A stretch of 64,000 bases of DNA from Azolla caroliniana (taxonomy: Eukaryota; Plantae; Polypodiophyta): positions 5,828,001 to 5,892,000 of the forward strand of contig JBHGNT010000006.1 in the NCBI GenBank assembly GCA_043228905.1, read 5' to 3'. The notes under the pieces were generated by a model. That model ran no database searches and was not told the origin of the DNA. It worked only from the letters and a program-made list of their open reading frames with translations. Made by a program: the position numbers and the translations under genes. Positions 33,859 through 48,200 of this stretch are shown here, piece after piece. The stretch's first letter is position 1, and every line of letters begins with the position of its first letter.

Positions 33859-36800
33859 GCCAAGTTTTTATGTCGCATTCCCATCTCACGTTTCCATCCC
33901 GCGTTTCTATCTCATGTTTCGACGTCTGAGATGGAGAGAAGCATTTTGATATGTAGTGGATTAATCTTCCTTGAAGAATCTCGAATGTGCGTGCTTCTAG
34001 AGACTGTTAGTAAAATTCATGGAAAGGATGCAGTTTTGTGAACGTAGAGCATGATTTTGTAAAAAATCAGCTAAATGTAGGGACAGGATGAAGGTTTTGA
34101 ATTTAGATGGTGATGCATGCAGGAAATCACTAAATTTTAGGGGAACGGATATAATTTTTTGAATGTAGAGCATACCTTTTATGTAGAAAATTAGGAAAAA
34201 GCCTAGAGAAACAATGTAGGTTTTTAATGTTTAGGATTATGGAGTTTCTATAACATTCATGGTGAAGTTTGTTGAATGGACAGGATATATTCCTGTTGAA
34301 AGTCAGTAATGTTTTGGAAAGAATGAAGTTTTTGGACGTATGATTGGAGGATGCATTTCTGTATAAAATCAGTAAAATTGTTAACAGTTTTTTATTGTAG
34401 ACTCCACATCCTTCAAGAAATGGTGTAACAAGTTTTTAATGTTTAGGATTATGGAGTTTCTATAACATTCATGGTGAAGTTTGTTGAATGGACAGGATAT
34501 ATTCCTGTTGAAAGTCAGTAATGTTTTGGAAAGAATGAAGTTTTTGGACGTATGATTGGAGGATGCATTTCTGTATAAAATCAGTAAAATTGTTAACAGT
34601 TTTTTATTGTAGACTCCACATCCTTCAAGAAATGGTGTAACAATTGAGCAAAATATGGAAATTATGAATTTGTTGCACATACTATGTATAAGTTCAGTAA
34701 AGAAATAAATTAAATTATGAGATTATTGATATAGAGAATATATTTCTTTAGCAAATTAGTGTGCTTGTGGGCGTGTTTGTCTGTATTGCATCTTCATCTA
34801 AGATAGAGATAAGGTTTGCTCTTCTATGAAGAATGAAGATAAGGTCCTAATAATAGTGCAAATATTTAGTTTTAAGTTCAGTAAAGAAATCAATTAAAGA
34901 ATGAGGTTTATTGATATAGAGAATATATTAGCAATTTAGTAGAAATTAAGGAAATGAATGCAGTTTGTTGAATATAGAGCATACATTTGTCAAAATCAAT
35001 CAAATTCAAGAGTATTATTTTCTTGTTGTTCTCTTTCACTCATTTGTCTTTCTGATTGTGGTTGTGTTAGCTTTGTGTTGCATCTTCATCTGAGATTGAG
35101 ATATTAAGCATTCAGTGCTTTGCTCTTCTATGAAGAATGAGGATGAGGTTCCAGTAATAGTGGTTTTCCATAAATTATTTGGTATTGCGGCATTATCTTT
35201 ATTATGCAAGTGTTGGTTCTATTATAACAACTTCAAATTATTGCTTTCCATATTCTGTTTACAATGGTATGCAAAGGGAAACGAAACTTCTATAAAACCA
35301 GGAGTATGATATTCACTGAGACAGGGGATGAACCCAAGTCTTGATTCTTTCTGTCATCACATAAGTGCTTCCTTAGATATTGATTTTTAATATGCTGGAT
35401 GGTATTGCCCTTAGGGGAATGCATGCGAGTTCAGGCACAGTGAATCAGCTCGAATGAACCCGCGGGATTGCTGGTTTTGGTTTGCTGGAAATTGTCTTAT
35501 GGAAAATTGCTCATTTCGGCACCCTGTAAGTTTGTTCCTCTACCTCGTATTTATGTGAGTGTGGTTGTCTTTTGTGAACACACAATCCTTCACAAGATTC
35601 TGGAGTCTGAAATTGAACTTTTAGCATAATTAAGCTAGTGTAATTACATCCAATGTGGTGATTTCTATAACAATCCATAAATAAGACTGTAGATTCGACC
35701 CTCCACACAACTCCAGATTAGAAATTGAACTTGCATACTCTATGTTTCTGAAATATTAAAGATTAGTTGCATTTTTAGAAAATTTCCTTTTAATGTAGTC
35801 TATGCCAATCATTTTATGATCTATACTTTGAATGTTCACTTCTTGACATCATTACATACATTGTATGATTGAATTTTGATAAAGTTATCAATATACATTG
35901 CATTTTCAATTCTTGACAATATTAAATGCTTAGAAAATGAACTTACGTGCCATATGATAATCCTTTCTCTACACCTTCCTTAAAAATCTCAGTTTATTCT
36001 TTTATTTCCTCTTTTAAATGTAGCCATTGGATGGAAGACCAAATACGGTGTCTACGACAACTCCAGTCCCCTCATCCCACACTGCGTCAGTAACTGTATC
36101 GAGCAAACCTAGAGGACCTTGTTACTTCTTCTCTAGTGGTTACTGTGCTAGAGGTGAGAATTGTACATTTCTGCATAGCTCATCAGGGGTTGAAACATTA
36201 ATTCAAAAGTCACAAGTTGCACCAATTCCAATTTGCAAAGGTTTGGAAATAAATGAGAAGTCATCAACACCTTTCAAAGGGAATGGCTCAGTTGTTCATG
36301 ATCTTTCATCTCCTTCTGTGAAGGGGGCTTCACAAAATCTTCCTAATGTCTACGTTAGAGCACAAAGTTCTCCTGTGATCAATAAGGAAAAAACACGAGT
36401 TTCTGGTGATTCTGTAACATTCTTTTGCTCCAAAGAACAAGCTGATTCTCTCTTAAGCAACAGACTGAGGCAAGAAGCCATGACAAATCGGCAACAAGAG
36501 CCAGAATCAAAAAACATCCAGCCACATGTGCTTGTGAGAACACATTCTCAGAAAAACTTCTTGCAAAAAGAAGAACACAGGGATAAGAATGAGATATCAA
36601 AGGAAGTGTCTCCTTCTGTTCATGATGAATCCAATGGCTCTGTGTATAAAGAAGATGAGGAATATTACAAAGAAGATGGAGAGTATTATACTCAATGTCT
36701 ATATGAGATTGGACACCTTGTTCCTGAGCAATTTCATGAATTTGATTATGACAGTGGTATGTGTGAAACAACGAGGAGGCCAGATAGCTCTTCTCAAAGA

Positions 36801-37316
36801 GAAAGAATAAGAGCCGGTAGGGATCTTCGAGACCATCTTATTCAAAGAAGACTACTTCGGAAAGAATTTATTGCTGTGAATGGAGATGGTGAAAATTTTG
36901 AGGAAATGGATTATCTTAATCTTTATGAAATTCAGCAGAATGACCATGTGTTGATTGAGAAAAAAGGAGAGAACCACAAGAGGCCATATCAATATGGAAG
37001 AGGAAAGTATAATAGGGAGGTCAAAAGAGTACGTCGCGATTTTAGGTTAGATTATGAAGGTGATACAATGCAGTTAGGAAACTTACATAGGAGATATGGA
37101 CATGTGAAAAACAAATCAAAAGGTCAACGTGGATGCAATGATAAAGTAGGAACGAAGGCACATGTATTGACATTTGTGGGACCTAAGAGCTTAGCACAAA
37201 TCAGGGCAGAAAGAGATAAAGCTTTGGATTATGGTTTAGAAAATGAAGAGTGTAGAGATAGGCGGAAAGATACCTATTCTATAAAAAGTCAAATTTGCTG
37301 TGATCTCAAGAAGTAA
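33741..37316 (+). CDS. CCCH zinc-finger protein, AtC3H17-like family (3 exons)
   Basis: Exons 33741-33812 (MAEDAQKRNTDCVYYLASPLTCKK), 35414-35524 (GNACEFRHSESARMNPRDCWFWFAGNCLMENCSFRHP) and 36023-37316 (PLDG...PCYFFSSGYCARGENCTFLH...DLRDHL...FVGPKSLAQIR), with GT-AG borders. Confidence 0.92.
34220..34643. repeat. Exact 212-bp tandem duplication in intron 1 of the CCCH gene
   Basis: 34220-34431 matches 34432-34643 with no mismatch seen. Confidence 0.92.
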
Positions 37317-37987
37317 AGCTTCTGAAGGCCCCTCAGCAACATGTAAGTTTAGAAGGGCATTTTACAAATAGGATGATAGTGGAAATAGTGAAGATAGAAG
37401 GGTATCTCAGCTGAACCCAAAAGAGCACACTTTGTTGCTGCAAGATTTGGAGTTAACTAAAAGATAGCGAGGGTGAAGTGGGAATTGTGTTCTATAGGTG
37501 GAGATTGATTACTTACTCTAGATGGTATGATAAAACATGAAGATTGAGCTTTGCTTCAACCGAACGGAACTGTGTTTGTAAAATGAGTTTGTTGGTTCAC
37601 GTTCACCCGAATGCTAAAATCTAAGTGTATACTAATTATAGTATTGGGGAACTATCCAGGTCTTTTTATGCCCAAAGCTTTTAACTTCTCAAACATGGAA
37701 ATACTTAATGAGCAATCAAAAGGTTTCATTTCCAGTCTTTAATATCCTAGTCTTGAACTCTTTTACATACATCTGATGATATATTTCTGGTAAAGAATTC
37801 AACTAGAACCAGATCATAAATATTGGATTCTTTTGGCACTTAACAAACAAAACTTTTTGTTAATGTAAATGTTTGAGGCTTGGTTATTGCATATACTTGC
37901 ATAATTTGTAGTCTTAGAATGCTAGGAAGTGAATATTTATGTGGCCCAAATTAAGAGTACAATGGATGACTAATATATACATCCATG

Positions 37988-39715
37988 CTATTGTGGAAAG
38001 CATGCAGCTGTAGTAGCCATGGCTGTGTGTACCTCCTCTTTCAAGGCTTGACCTGGTTTTTTCCATACAGCAATGTTTTTCCACCTACTTTCAAGACAAG
38101 GGCTAGGGTTTCTTTGAGTATAGGCACTCCCACATTTGAAATAATGCGTTTTGTAGCTAGCATTATCCTCATAGTACTGGAGAATCCGGTCGATATATAT
38201 TTGGATGTTGCCTTGATCAGCATCATGAATTACATTTACATGAACCCAACGATCATATACACCATCGATAATGTTTGAACTTGGTAGGTTGCCCCCAGCC
38301 CTAACGAGTGTGCCATTCGATATATGTAGCTGCAAGGCCGTGGCTGTGGAATTTGTACCCCCAAACACTTGCATGATACAAATGCCAGTTATTGGTGAAG
38401 CAACAAAGAAGTCTCCTTCGAATTGCCACACTCCACTAGTGTAATCTACACCCTAATTTGATGATAAAGAACATAAAAAAACAAGCACGAGTTCCCCTCA
38501 GACACTTGCAAATTGCTGTCTTCCACTCTTAAGCATTGAATCTCATAGACGAAAAAGATCTAAGAGGATAAAGTTGGTTTAATTATTTTTCTATTTCATG
38601 CATCAATGGATCAGAAATCATGGAAAATATCATAAAGTAACGGGAAGAATGCAGTAGAAAAATTATTTATTTATTCATATTGTAAGACACATTAATATTT
38701 CCAGTGGACAAATTTAAAATTTTAAGAAATTACTTCAACAGTAGGATTTCTTTAGTAGAAAATTCAAACATTTATGTTGGATTTTGGGTCATAAATATTT
38801 CTAACAAATAAATAAATAAAAATAAAATAAAATAATTTCTCCTCTTTTGTGAGGAAGCCCATATACATTCAGTTTTGAGAGAATATCGGTAAATTGAAGG
38901 AATTTAATGGAGAACTTGTGCATTGATGCGATTTTGTGCATGATGTAAATGTGGAAGATGTTCTAACAACAATACTTATGCATTATTTAAACAATGGAAC
39001 CAATAACCAAACAAACATTTGTACCATATTATTTATTCGCTATTTAAGCACCAACATTGAGAACCATATGAACATTCACCACAGTAATTATGCATGATGT
39101 AAACATGTATTTATGCTTGTAAGGGTTTTCATATATGTAGAAAATGACGACAAAGAGAAGCACATGACATGCATGCCATGTTCTATACATGTATATGGGT
39201 ATGTGTGTATTTGTCTATATTGTTAATTTTACACTTTTTGTGTGTGTGTGTGTGTGGTGGTGGTGGTGGTGGTGGTGGTGGGGGAAGACGTGCCTAGTGG
39301 AATTTGCGGATATGCCACCAAATAAAGAGAAATATAGAAGAAGTTAAGGGTATTTCACCAAATCAAGAGGAGTAAATATTTAAGGTTAAAAATATCTTTA
39401 AATTACCGCAAGTCGGAGTTCAGACCGAGGGAGGGTGGGGTTTCCGGGGAGATAGGGTTTGTCAGTAGCGAGGACCCACATGTTGTAGACACCAGTGTCA
39501 ACATCGAACCCAAACCGGTCAGTCATCCCCATGTTGTATGGGATTTGGATTTCGCAACTGAAGGCCATTTGCTTGAAGCCTGCAGTGATTGGCACAAACA
39601 AAGGCACTTGGGGCATCGACACATTAGGAGTACCATTGCTCATGTCGCCATTTATCATGACCACCATAGTGGATGCCGCGACCATTATCATCACAATCAC
39701 CATCAAAATCACCAT
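37988..39715 (-). CDS. Secreted citrate-binding-protein-like / alginate lyase 2 (PL7 fold) protein, 2 exons
   Basis: Hydrophobic N-terminus. Exon 1 (39715-39407) reads ...QIPYN...DRF...MWVLATDKPY...PRSELRLA. Exon 2 (38452-37988) reads GVDYTSGVWQFEGDFFV...CIMQVFGG...YDRWVHVNVIHD...HYFKCG.AYTQ...ESRWKNI. GT-AG intron. Confidence 0.9.
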
Positions 39716-39913
39716 CCTCTCCGTCTCTCTCTTTATATTATCGTCTCTATCTAAGTTTAGTTAATAATATGTACTAGATGATCTATCTATATGTATATCT
39801 ATGGATATATGGTTTTATTATTGTGCATGGCCACCCACATTTTACCTAATCCCTCACCAACTCACATTTTGACTTTCTCTCTCTCTCTCTCTCTTCCCTC
39901 TTTTTTTTTTTTT

Positions 39914-40018
39914 TTTCATAATTAGCTTACCCTAGTGGTAAGTTTGTTATATTATAAGCACTACATCTTGGGTTTGAAACTCAATTTTCTCACCTCTATT
40001 ACTTCATACATATCTCTG
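39914..40018. mobile_element. Partial copy of the tRNA-like short repeat upstream of the PL7-fold gene
   Basis: taattagcttaccctagtggtaagt...cttgggtttgaaactcaattttctcacctctattacttcatacatatctct matches the reverse complement of 18397-18490. Confidence 0.7.
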
Positions 40019-41899
40019 TCGCCCCTTAATATATATTTATATATTTATACATATGCAATATACATACTCATAGAGGTAATGTACATAAACATATTTGTAT
40101 GTTTGAAAGGGTATTGCTATACACATAAAGGCACAAATAAATCAATTATAAATCCAAATCTACACTAAAGTATGTTAAGAAAAATTCTCAGATAAGTAGG
40201 TTAGACTTCAAATTACCAAAACGACAATGTGTAGAGTTGCCATTACCAAGAAGCCACGGGTCACACTTAAATTACCTACCCTTAGATGAGAAGCACTTTT
40301 AATGATTTAGCTTATATATAATATATATATATATATATATATTGTATGTATAAAATCTTTAATATAGTTATGCAAAAGTCAAATGAAATTCATTTAAGTC
40401 GTTGAATGCAAACATTGTCAAATTCATGGGAAACCACTTTTGGATTTTTCAACCTCATTTTACTTGCATATGTTTAAGCTTCCCATCGACAATACGTTTC
40501 TTCTCTAACCTGCACTGACTAGTGAGAAAGTTAAGAACATAAGAACCCTTACGAAATATATACACTAAGCTATTTCCTACATTTTTTTATATGTCCAACG
40601 TTAGTTAGTGATTTATTCTTGTTGAAAACGTGTGCAATTTGCACTTCCATTATCGTCGATATTTGTGAATTCACGTTCAATAGATTCTCACATAAATAAA
40701 GATAAACTCTTATGATATTTAGGTTACAATCTCCCATCCTCATTAAATTGTTTAATGTTGCACGTCTAATGATGAAATGTGATAATTAGCTTGCACCCCT
40801 TTGTGAATGATGTGCATGGAGATTTGACTTGTTTAATTGTCACAAGCCTTGTAAATGCATTCGTTTGATCCAGAAATTATTTTCTTGCTTAACTCTCCCT
40901 TTTTTTGCGTTTCTCAATATCCACCCCATTTTTGTTATTCCCCGATTTTCGTTGCAATATCTCAAGAGCAATTATATGGTCAAATTCCTTATATTTTTCT
41001 CCCTTTTGAGGGTTGAGTCAAGACCATTTAAGTAAATAACAAAATTCACTAGGGCATTTTCTAGGAAATAAGAAAACTTGAGTAGTTTAGATTTGTTTCA
41101 CTTTATTTGTTGAATTTCATCATGGATGAAACAACAAGGTTTCAAGCAAGCAATGCAACCAATACAATACATTCTAGGAGTGTTTCTTGTTCCATTTTAT
41201 ACAAGTTATGGTGGATACATATTCCAATGCCTTCCTATTTCTTGACATATGCAAGTAATCATAAACTGAAAATGGATGATTAGTTTTGAGCGGAGGTATT
41301 TTTGCATCTTGTGATGCTTTCTTATTCCTATAATGCAACTATATATAGACATGATAAATGAAACAAAGTTCAACAACACACACACACACACACACCATTT
41401 GTATAAATAGTGTTGTTTCATCCACCACGAGGCCAAATTTGACATATAGGATAAAATAAACAATATATCATCGTCTGTGTGATTCCTCCTTTGTAGATTT
41501 CCATTGCATGCCTTACAAATCTTCATATTTGGATGAAGATTTCATTATGCTACCTCAACACTTCACTTGTGTGAGCGAGTTCAATAGATTGTTAAGGGGT
41601 CTTCGAGAGCCAAAGCTGATGGAGGTAGTAAGATGTAGTTGGATAGATTTTGGCTTCCTTATCTTTTATTAGGGCCAAGATTGAGAGTTAACATCTGCAA
41701 CCTAATATTCCAATTTTGATATTATAGCATCTTGCCTCTTCATCCTTGGGTGTCCGTAGTTATATGTCCTCAATGGTCATGTACTTCATAACATCACCCG
41801 AAAGATCCAATTGATCTTCCACTTCGCATCTTTAAACCATTTCATAATGTCAAACACCCAACTAACAAGATTTCATTGCATACCTTATAGGCCTTTATA

Positions 41900-43900
41900 A
41901 AGCAAGTGATAGTCATCCTCCATTAGCCCTTCTTTGCATACCTTACATGCCTTTATATTTTGGCTAATTTTGATGCCATAATGCAACTTCTCGGGATTGC
42001 TTATGGATGATTTTAATGCGTGCAAATGTATCAAAATCTATCTAACAATATTCAACCATTGATGGTCATGAGTAAATTGGTTGGGTTTCATTAGTTGTTG
42101 AGGTACTAAGTTGGGTGTATGGACGCTGTTGCAATGGAATGATATAGGTTTTACCTTCCAATATGCACAATATAAACATATGAGTGGAGTTAGCTAGATA
42201 GAATATATATGGTGCGTGTTGATTCCTTTTTACTAGCATCACTTCGTATGATAGTTATACAATATGTGAGCTCTTCAAATTGCTTTTCTATTTGTTTTGA
42301 GGTTTGCAATTGTTCAATTGATATGCATATATCCTTACTTGATGCAACAACTCAAGAATGGGTTTATAGATAATTAATGTCAATCTCATTTGTTTTTCCA
42401 CACATTATATCTTGCTTATGCACGAATTTAATGTGGTATATGTGAAGCAGGGGATGATTTTATTTTGGATAATATTACAATAATTGTAATTGTGTTCGTT
42501 ATGTACTTCAAGGAGTTGATTGCATACAATTGTTTATAATGAATATGGGGTGGTTGGAATTTTATGACTTGGTTGGTTATATTATGCACAACCTCCTTAG
42601 TGATGAATTGGATGAGGATTTCACAAAGGATGAGGGACCCCAACTTTGATGTTTTAATATTGTTGGGATTTTGGTTGTATGTTTCAAGCATGAAGGTTGT
42701 GGTCTCATTAAATTAGTTCCAAATGTGGCATCGCTAGAGTCATTTCACTAATGGCAACCTATTTCTTTGTAGGTAGGAACATATTGCTTGATGTGATATG
42801 TTCAAATGGCCATGCATTGTGCAAGGCACACTTATCAAGAATTGATTATGGTGCAATTAGATTTGAAGAGAACTTATTATCATGATAATTGGTCCTTTGT
42901 TTTCGAGTTAATGCATACAATGGGGGGCGTTGGACCATGTATGTCTCGCCTTAGATTTTTATTAGGACAAGATGTTGTTTGGTAAGTAATGCTTAGTGGT
43001 GGAATTGAAAATCTTGAGAAGATGATGGACTCATATAGAACAAATTTGCATTGACATTTGGATTGCATATTAATTAGAAGAAGTTTAGCCTCATCTCATG
43101 TATTGAGGGGATTTGGAATGTCTAGGATGGGAAGTGTCCATGGTTAGAAAATACTCTATTTTTTTACGCTTAGTTCATGTATAATGTATAATGTATAATG
43201 TATAATGGAAAGTTGGAGACCATGGTCTTATATGATTTCCCATCATTACCATGGACAAAGAGAGCTTTGCATTCCGTTTTGCAACCTCTTCGATATTTGT
43301 TGTAGAGAAAGAGGAATAAGATGGGAATCACATAGGTTTCCTTGAGGATCATAGATTTTCATGATAACAAGACGTGTTCACACTTACAATCATGGAGATT
43401 TATTGTCAAATATTTCATTGAGAATAAGGGTATAACACATGGGAGGACAAGGATTAATACATCACGGTGACAATTACTAAATAAAAGTATTCCACTTAAA
43501 ATTCCTTATTTTTCATGTGTTCAACAGTTGGTTGTCTCATGGCATGAAGCACTCGCCTTATTTGTATGGGCACCATAATCTAGTAGATCATTGTAATTCT
43601 TTGCAAAAGAGTTACTCATGTCTTCTCGATAATGATATTGGCATGAAAAAGCGTGATTGCACGCTCCATTAATTGTTTCATTTGGGGGCCAAAGAGGTGG
43701 GAAATGTAGTTGAGGCTTGATCTCAAAGAATTTTCCCGCCCAATTTATATGGGTTTATCTAGAAACAACTAAAAAAATATAACATTGATGCAAGGTTAAT
43801 TACCTCTACAAACTAAAGAACAATTGTGGGTTGATTAGTATTTATGCTATCAAATGGCATTTTTGCAAGGGACTATTAATCTCTTTTACCAAAGATGATG
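41900..43900 (+). mobile_element. Possible highly decayed Mutator-like (MULE/SWIM) transposase relic
   Basis: Only fragmentary, frameshifted motifs, such as a C.CD...ALCK-H SWIM-like stretch near 42785-42835. No intact ORF. Confidence 0.25.
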
Positions 43901-45213
43901 TCAAATAATCATGGGTCTTCATTTGTAGAGTATTGATTTGGGGTTTGCCTTTCAATTTGCTCTAAAGTGATGTGGACTAGCAATAGGCAATTGCACTGTT
44001 CAAGTGGAAGAAGATAGTACTCATCATTCCATGCCATGTTTGGTTGCTCATAAGATGTGTTCTTACATTTCTTTGTTTCGTTTTTCTATTTCTGAGCTAT
44101 TGGGCATTGCACCATAGTTGGGATGTGCACAAAGCTTTAGTATTTGATGTAGGCATGAAGTCAAAATACACCTATGAAAGTTAAGGGAGTACTATTGTCG
44201 CAAACTTCTTTATTGAAGCAAGTAGAAATTCTTTCCTTGGTGGAGTGTTCATCTTATTTATTGGCAATTCAATGTCCCACTACACTTGCAATGGTGATCA
44301 CACTCAATTGTCTTACCATTGTAGCGTTTTTCACACCCCTTTATCAATGTAACTGTGTTTGCACAAATAATAGATCGATAGATTCTATTATCATCTTGAG
44401 AGAGAGAGGTAGGTATCTCACAAAAAAATAAAAAACAGAAAACCAAAAGAAAAACAAATAATATTTTTGCCTTAATGGTACACAATGTTATAGCTATCCC
44501 CGTGAGGGACCTTATAGGAACAAGATTTTCGTTGAAAAAATGAATGAAATATCGATTTGTATTGTTACAATGATGATACATTCCTCAACATAGAGAGCGG
44601 TCAAACACAGGATTTCAATGTCTTGGATGTGGACTCATTCACATGTAGCTTGATGATACGATGGCTTTTTTTGCTGCCATAAAAAATATCAGCCTATTAT
44701 TTTCTTGTACCTTGTGTGGACAATAAATAGAGAACTTCAGAGACATCAGAGCAAATGGAATATCTTCTTCAATCACTTTTAACTCCACTTCATCGACATG
44801 ATTACATCAAAACGTGCAACATGTCTGTCGAGTGCTTCAGGGGAGGTAATGACTTCAAGATCTCAGGTCACTGCATCCTGATACCAGCTTTCCACTAGAT
44901 GCGGCTTCGTTTTTGTGATGCCAACCATCTTCTTCAACATAGGCCACTTTTTGATGCCCAACCTCTCCCAATCCAAACTTGATTCTGACTAATAATTGAA
45001 TTCAACTCACAGGAATCATGTTGTTTCCTCCGAGAAGAGTTCTTCATAGGCATACGTATGAATGACACAAATCCTTCAGAAGCTTCTATGAGAATCTCCC
45101 ATCTCGTAAAATATGTGGTCCTTTCATTAGCCCTTACCAGATTCTTCTCTTGTGAGAGCTTAAACAAATCAGTGATTCATGAAGGCTGCTGTTGAGCATA
45201 AAGATTGAATGGG

Positions 45214-48200
45214 TTACTCTGGTAACCTGTAATTCATAGACCTGATGATATTTGCTATGGAAACATCATCAAGATGATCAGTACCCTCTACTCTGAGAAC
45301 ATATTTTTCATGCTCATGCCAATTCATTGCATTTTCTCTACTATTGTTTGTTCCTGGCTTCGCATAGTCTTCAGCACCCACATGCGATTTATTTGTATTC
45401 CAATCTGAATATTCCTTCTTTACCGGCTGCAGGTATTCTCTCTTCATTGGAAACTCCTGATCATCTAGTCCTAATCTGTCCCATTTCCTTTTCACAAGCA
45501 TCTGATCACTTCCAAATTCTTGAGCTTTCTGCAAGTTTAAAGACTACCCACATAAGTAAACTGTGAAACACACCATTGAACCATCATTGATTAGTGTGTT
45601 ACTAACCTGCATTAACTTATTCCAATTGAGATTTTGATCACCATCTTCCTTACATGGCCCATTGGCCATACTTTGGTTGGCAAAGGCTCCAGTATTATTA
45701 TTAATATCTTCTTTACCAGTTGGTTCCCATGCATGCACACGTTGCCATCGTTCGGAGCTTCTCCAACGAGAGAGAATTGTACTCCGTTTCTGTTCATGTG
45801 CATCTCTAAGATATGCAATTATAGGATAATCCTGAGGGAAAGAAGATATAATACATTAGACAAAGTTGAAAATAACTTCTGATAATAACTTAGTAGCTTA
45901 TACAGAATTCCTCACTTGCATTGTAGACTCTGAAGCTGATGGGCACATGGCTTCATGAACAGCAGAATAGAAGTTGCTGCAGAAGGCAAATATATCAAAC
46001 ATTATCTTTGAAGTGGAAATATTGCCCCCTTGAGTATATTATACATATTGGACGTAGATTTTACTATACATTAGACATTACAAAAAGTGAGAACATCAAG
46101 AGATTAAAGTAGAAGTATTTATTAAGACTGAGAATACAATAAGGCCGTAATGATGAGCATACGATAAGGCCGTAATGATGAGCACATAATCAGTAATTAT
46201 GTGCTTCATGGAAAGACCGAGCATACAATAAGGTTGTAATGATGAGCACATAATCAGACTAAGCATTACAAAAAGGCCTTAATGATGAGCACATACAATA
46301 AGACTGAGCATACAATAAGGCTGTAATGATGAGCACATACAACAAGACTGAGCATACAATAAGGCTGTAATGATGAGCACATAATCAGAAATTAAGCATA
46401 CAATAAGACTTCATGGAAAGACTGAGCATACAATAAGGCCGTAATAATGAGCACATAATCAGAAATTAATCAAGCTTCTCAAATCTTTAACAGTCTTTCA
46501 AAATCAATGATATTATAAGAAATATCCCTCAGTGTGCAACCTGATAGTGATGTTTTCTACCAAATAATTGGGAATCATTTACCATGAAAGCTAGAGATTG
46601 TTGTCAGGGGCCGCAATGATGGCTGTCTCAATCAATCGGTAAAACTCATGTTTTCCTCACCCATGAGCAAGAACAACAAACTAAATAAACAAATATATAA
46701 TTAGAGGTACAGTCATATATATTAAGGGTGCAGTATCCTTTGGTTCACGAAAAATGTAGAGAACACTGCAACAGTTGGATCAACTGACATTTGGAGGAAC
46801 CTGTAGCATGATGACTTGTAGGAATGACTAATACATTCAATAACAGGCTATTTGTAATCATATTGCCACTCTTGAAAAACAGATGTGTTCCAGGTGATGT
46901 CCAGAACACCTGTGGGTACAGTTATTCAGCTGAGCTCACTAAGGAGCATGTCTAAGGTTGACAGTCTAGTAAAATATTTTGTTCAGAAATATAATCTCTT
47001 TATGGGTTGAGCCAACTCATGAGTATCCTCTTAGTATGCCTTACTTCACAATCAACTTCCACTCTAATATGATATCAGTTATCATTCAGAGTTCAGAATT
47101 TAGGGGTGCTACGATGCCAGCTAATTCGGATATTTACAGCCATATTAGCTGCTACAATATCTAGTTCATTTGGGAGTTTGGTTGAGACCTAATCTAATTA
47201 ATTGCCTTTGTGATCTGTATGGGATATAGATGCAAAGATACATAAGCTTGGCAGGTCTAAGCTTGGCAGGTCCTCTGTGCTTGGTATGAGATGGAATTAA
47301 ACCAGGATTTAAATTGTAGAACAAAAGATGGTGGACTTCACTGAAGTTTGATGAAACCTTTTAAACGAATGCATGGCGGAATGCATAGCTGCCTGAAAAA
47401 TGCCATAATTTGGGAAAATGAAGAAACATGAAACACGAATTATGATTGTGGGTCAAAAGAGATATTGATGGCATAAACTCGTAAGTTATGGGTAGTCTAA
47501 GTCAGAGATCAATAACATCAGGACTGAAAGAAAGAACGATATATTAACTTCTTTCAAAAGGCCAAAATAGTCGATAAGACCAAACAATAGATTACATCTT
47601 AAGTGTTGTCTTGTCTTTGAGAACAACAAATCAAAATAAAATAAATATTACTAAGTAAATATAAAAATAAATAAGATAAAAAGAGACTAAAGAATCAGGT
47701 TTTCAGCACATGTGAAATTCTCAAGTTAGATATATTATAACTTTTGTCTTTGAAAGATCTCTAGCATAGGTTGATCAAGAATGAAGAGGTCTCCAAAGTG
47801 AGGGAAGCACCTATGATGGCAGGAGATAATGGCCTTCTGTTGATGACAACAAGGCTGCGGTCGGAGGCTTACGTGCACGACAAATTGCTATTGCCCGATC
47901 TATTTTAACCCCTTTGTTATGTCCTGGTTGGGAGCCCATTTGTGTATCCCTTGATTGAGTTGTAGCATTAGGAGTGATGGGGCTAAAGAAAGTTATGATT
48001 GTTCTTTGCAGATGAGCTTGTGTGGCTGTACTATTGTCCTTCAACAACTTTTCCCTATGTCTATTGAGTTCAAGCAAGAAAAGTCCTAGGCATTGTTGGT
48101 CATCATATTCCATTACCTTGCATACTGGGCCAAAGCCTTGTTTAAAGAGGCAATGGTATCTCCCTCTTATTTCATAAAAGAAACTATGGTGACAAACTTA

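Noticed and set aside
37317-37372. Out-of-frame second FEGP-like motif after the CCCH stop, suggesting C-terminal truncation
   Set aside because: Similarity is limited to EGP, which is too short to distinguish from chance.
46124-46470. Repeats containing ATGATGA and CTGA as a C/D-box snoRNA cluster or CRISPR array
   Set aside because: The boxes lie antisense to the host gene inside an irregular minisatellite, with no terminal stems, distinct guide sequences or unique spacers.
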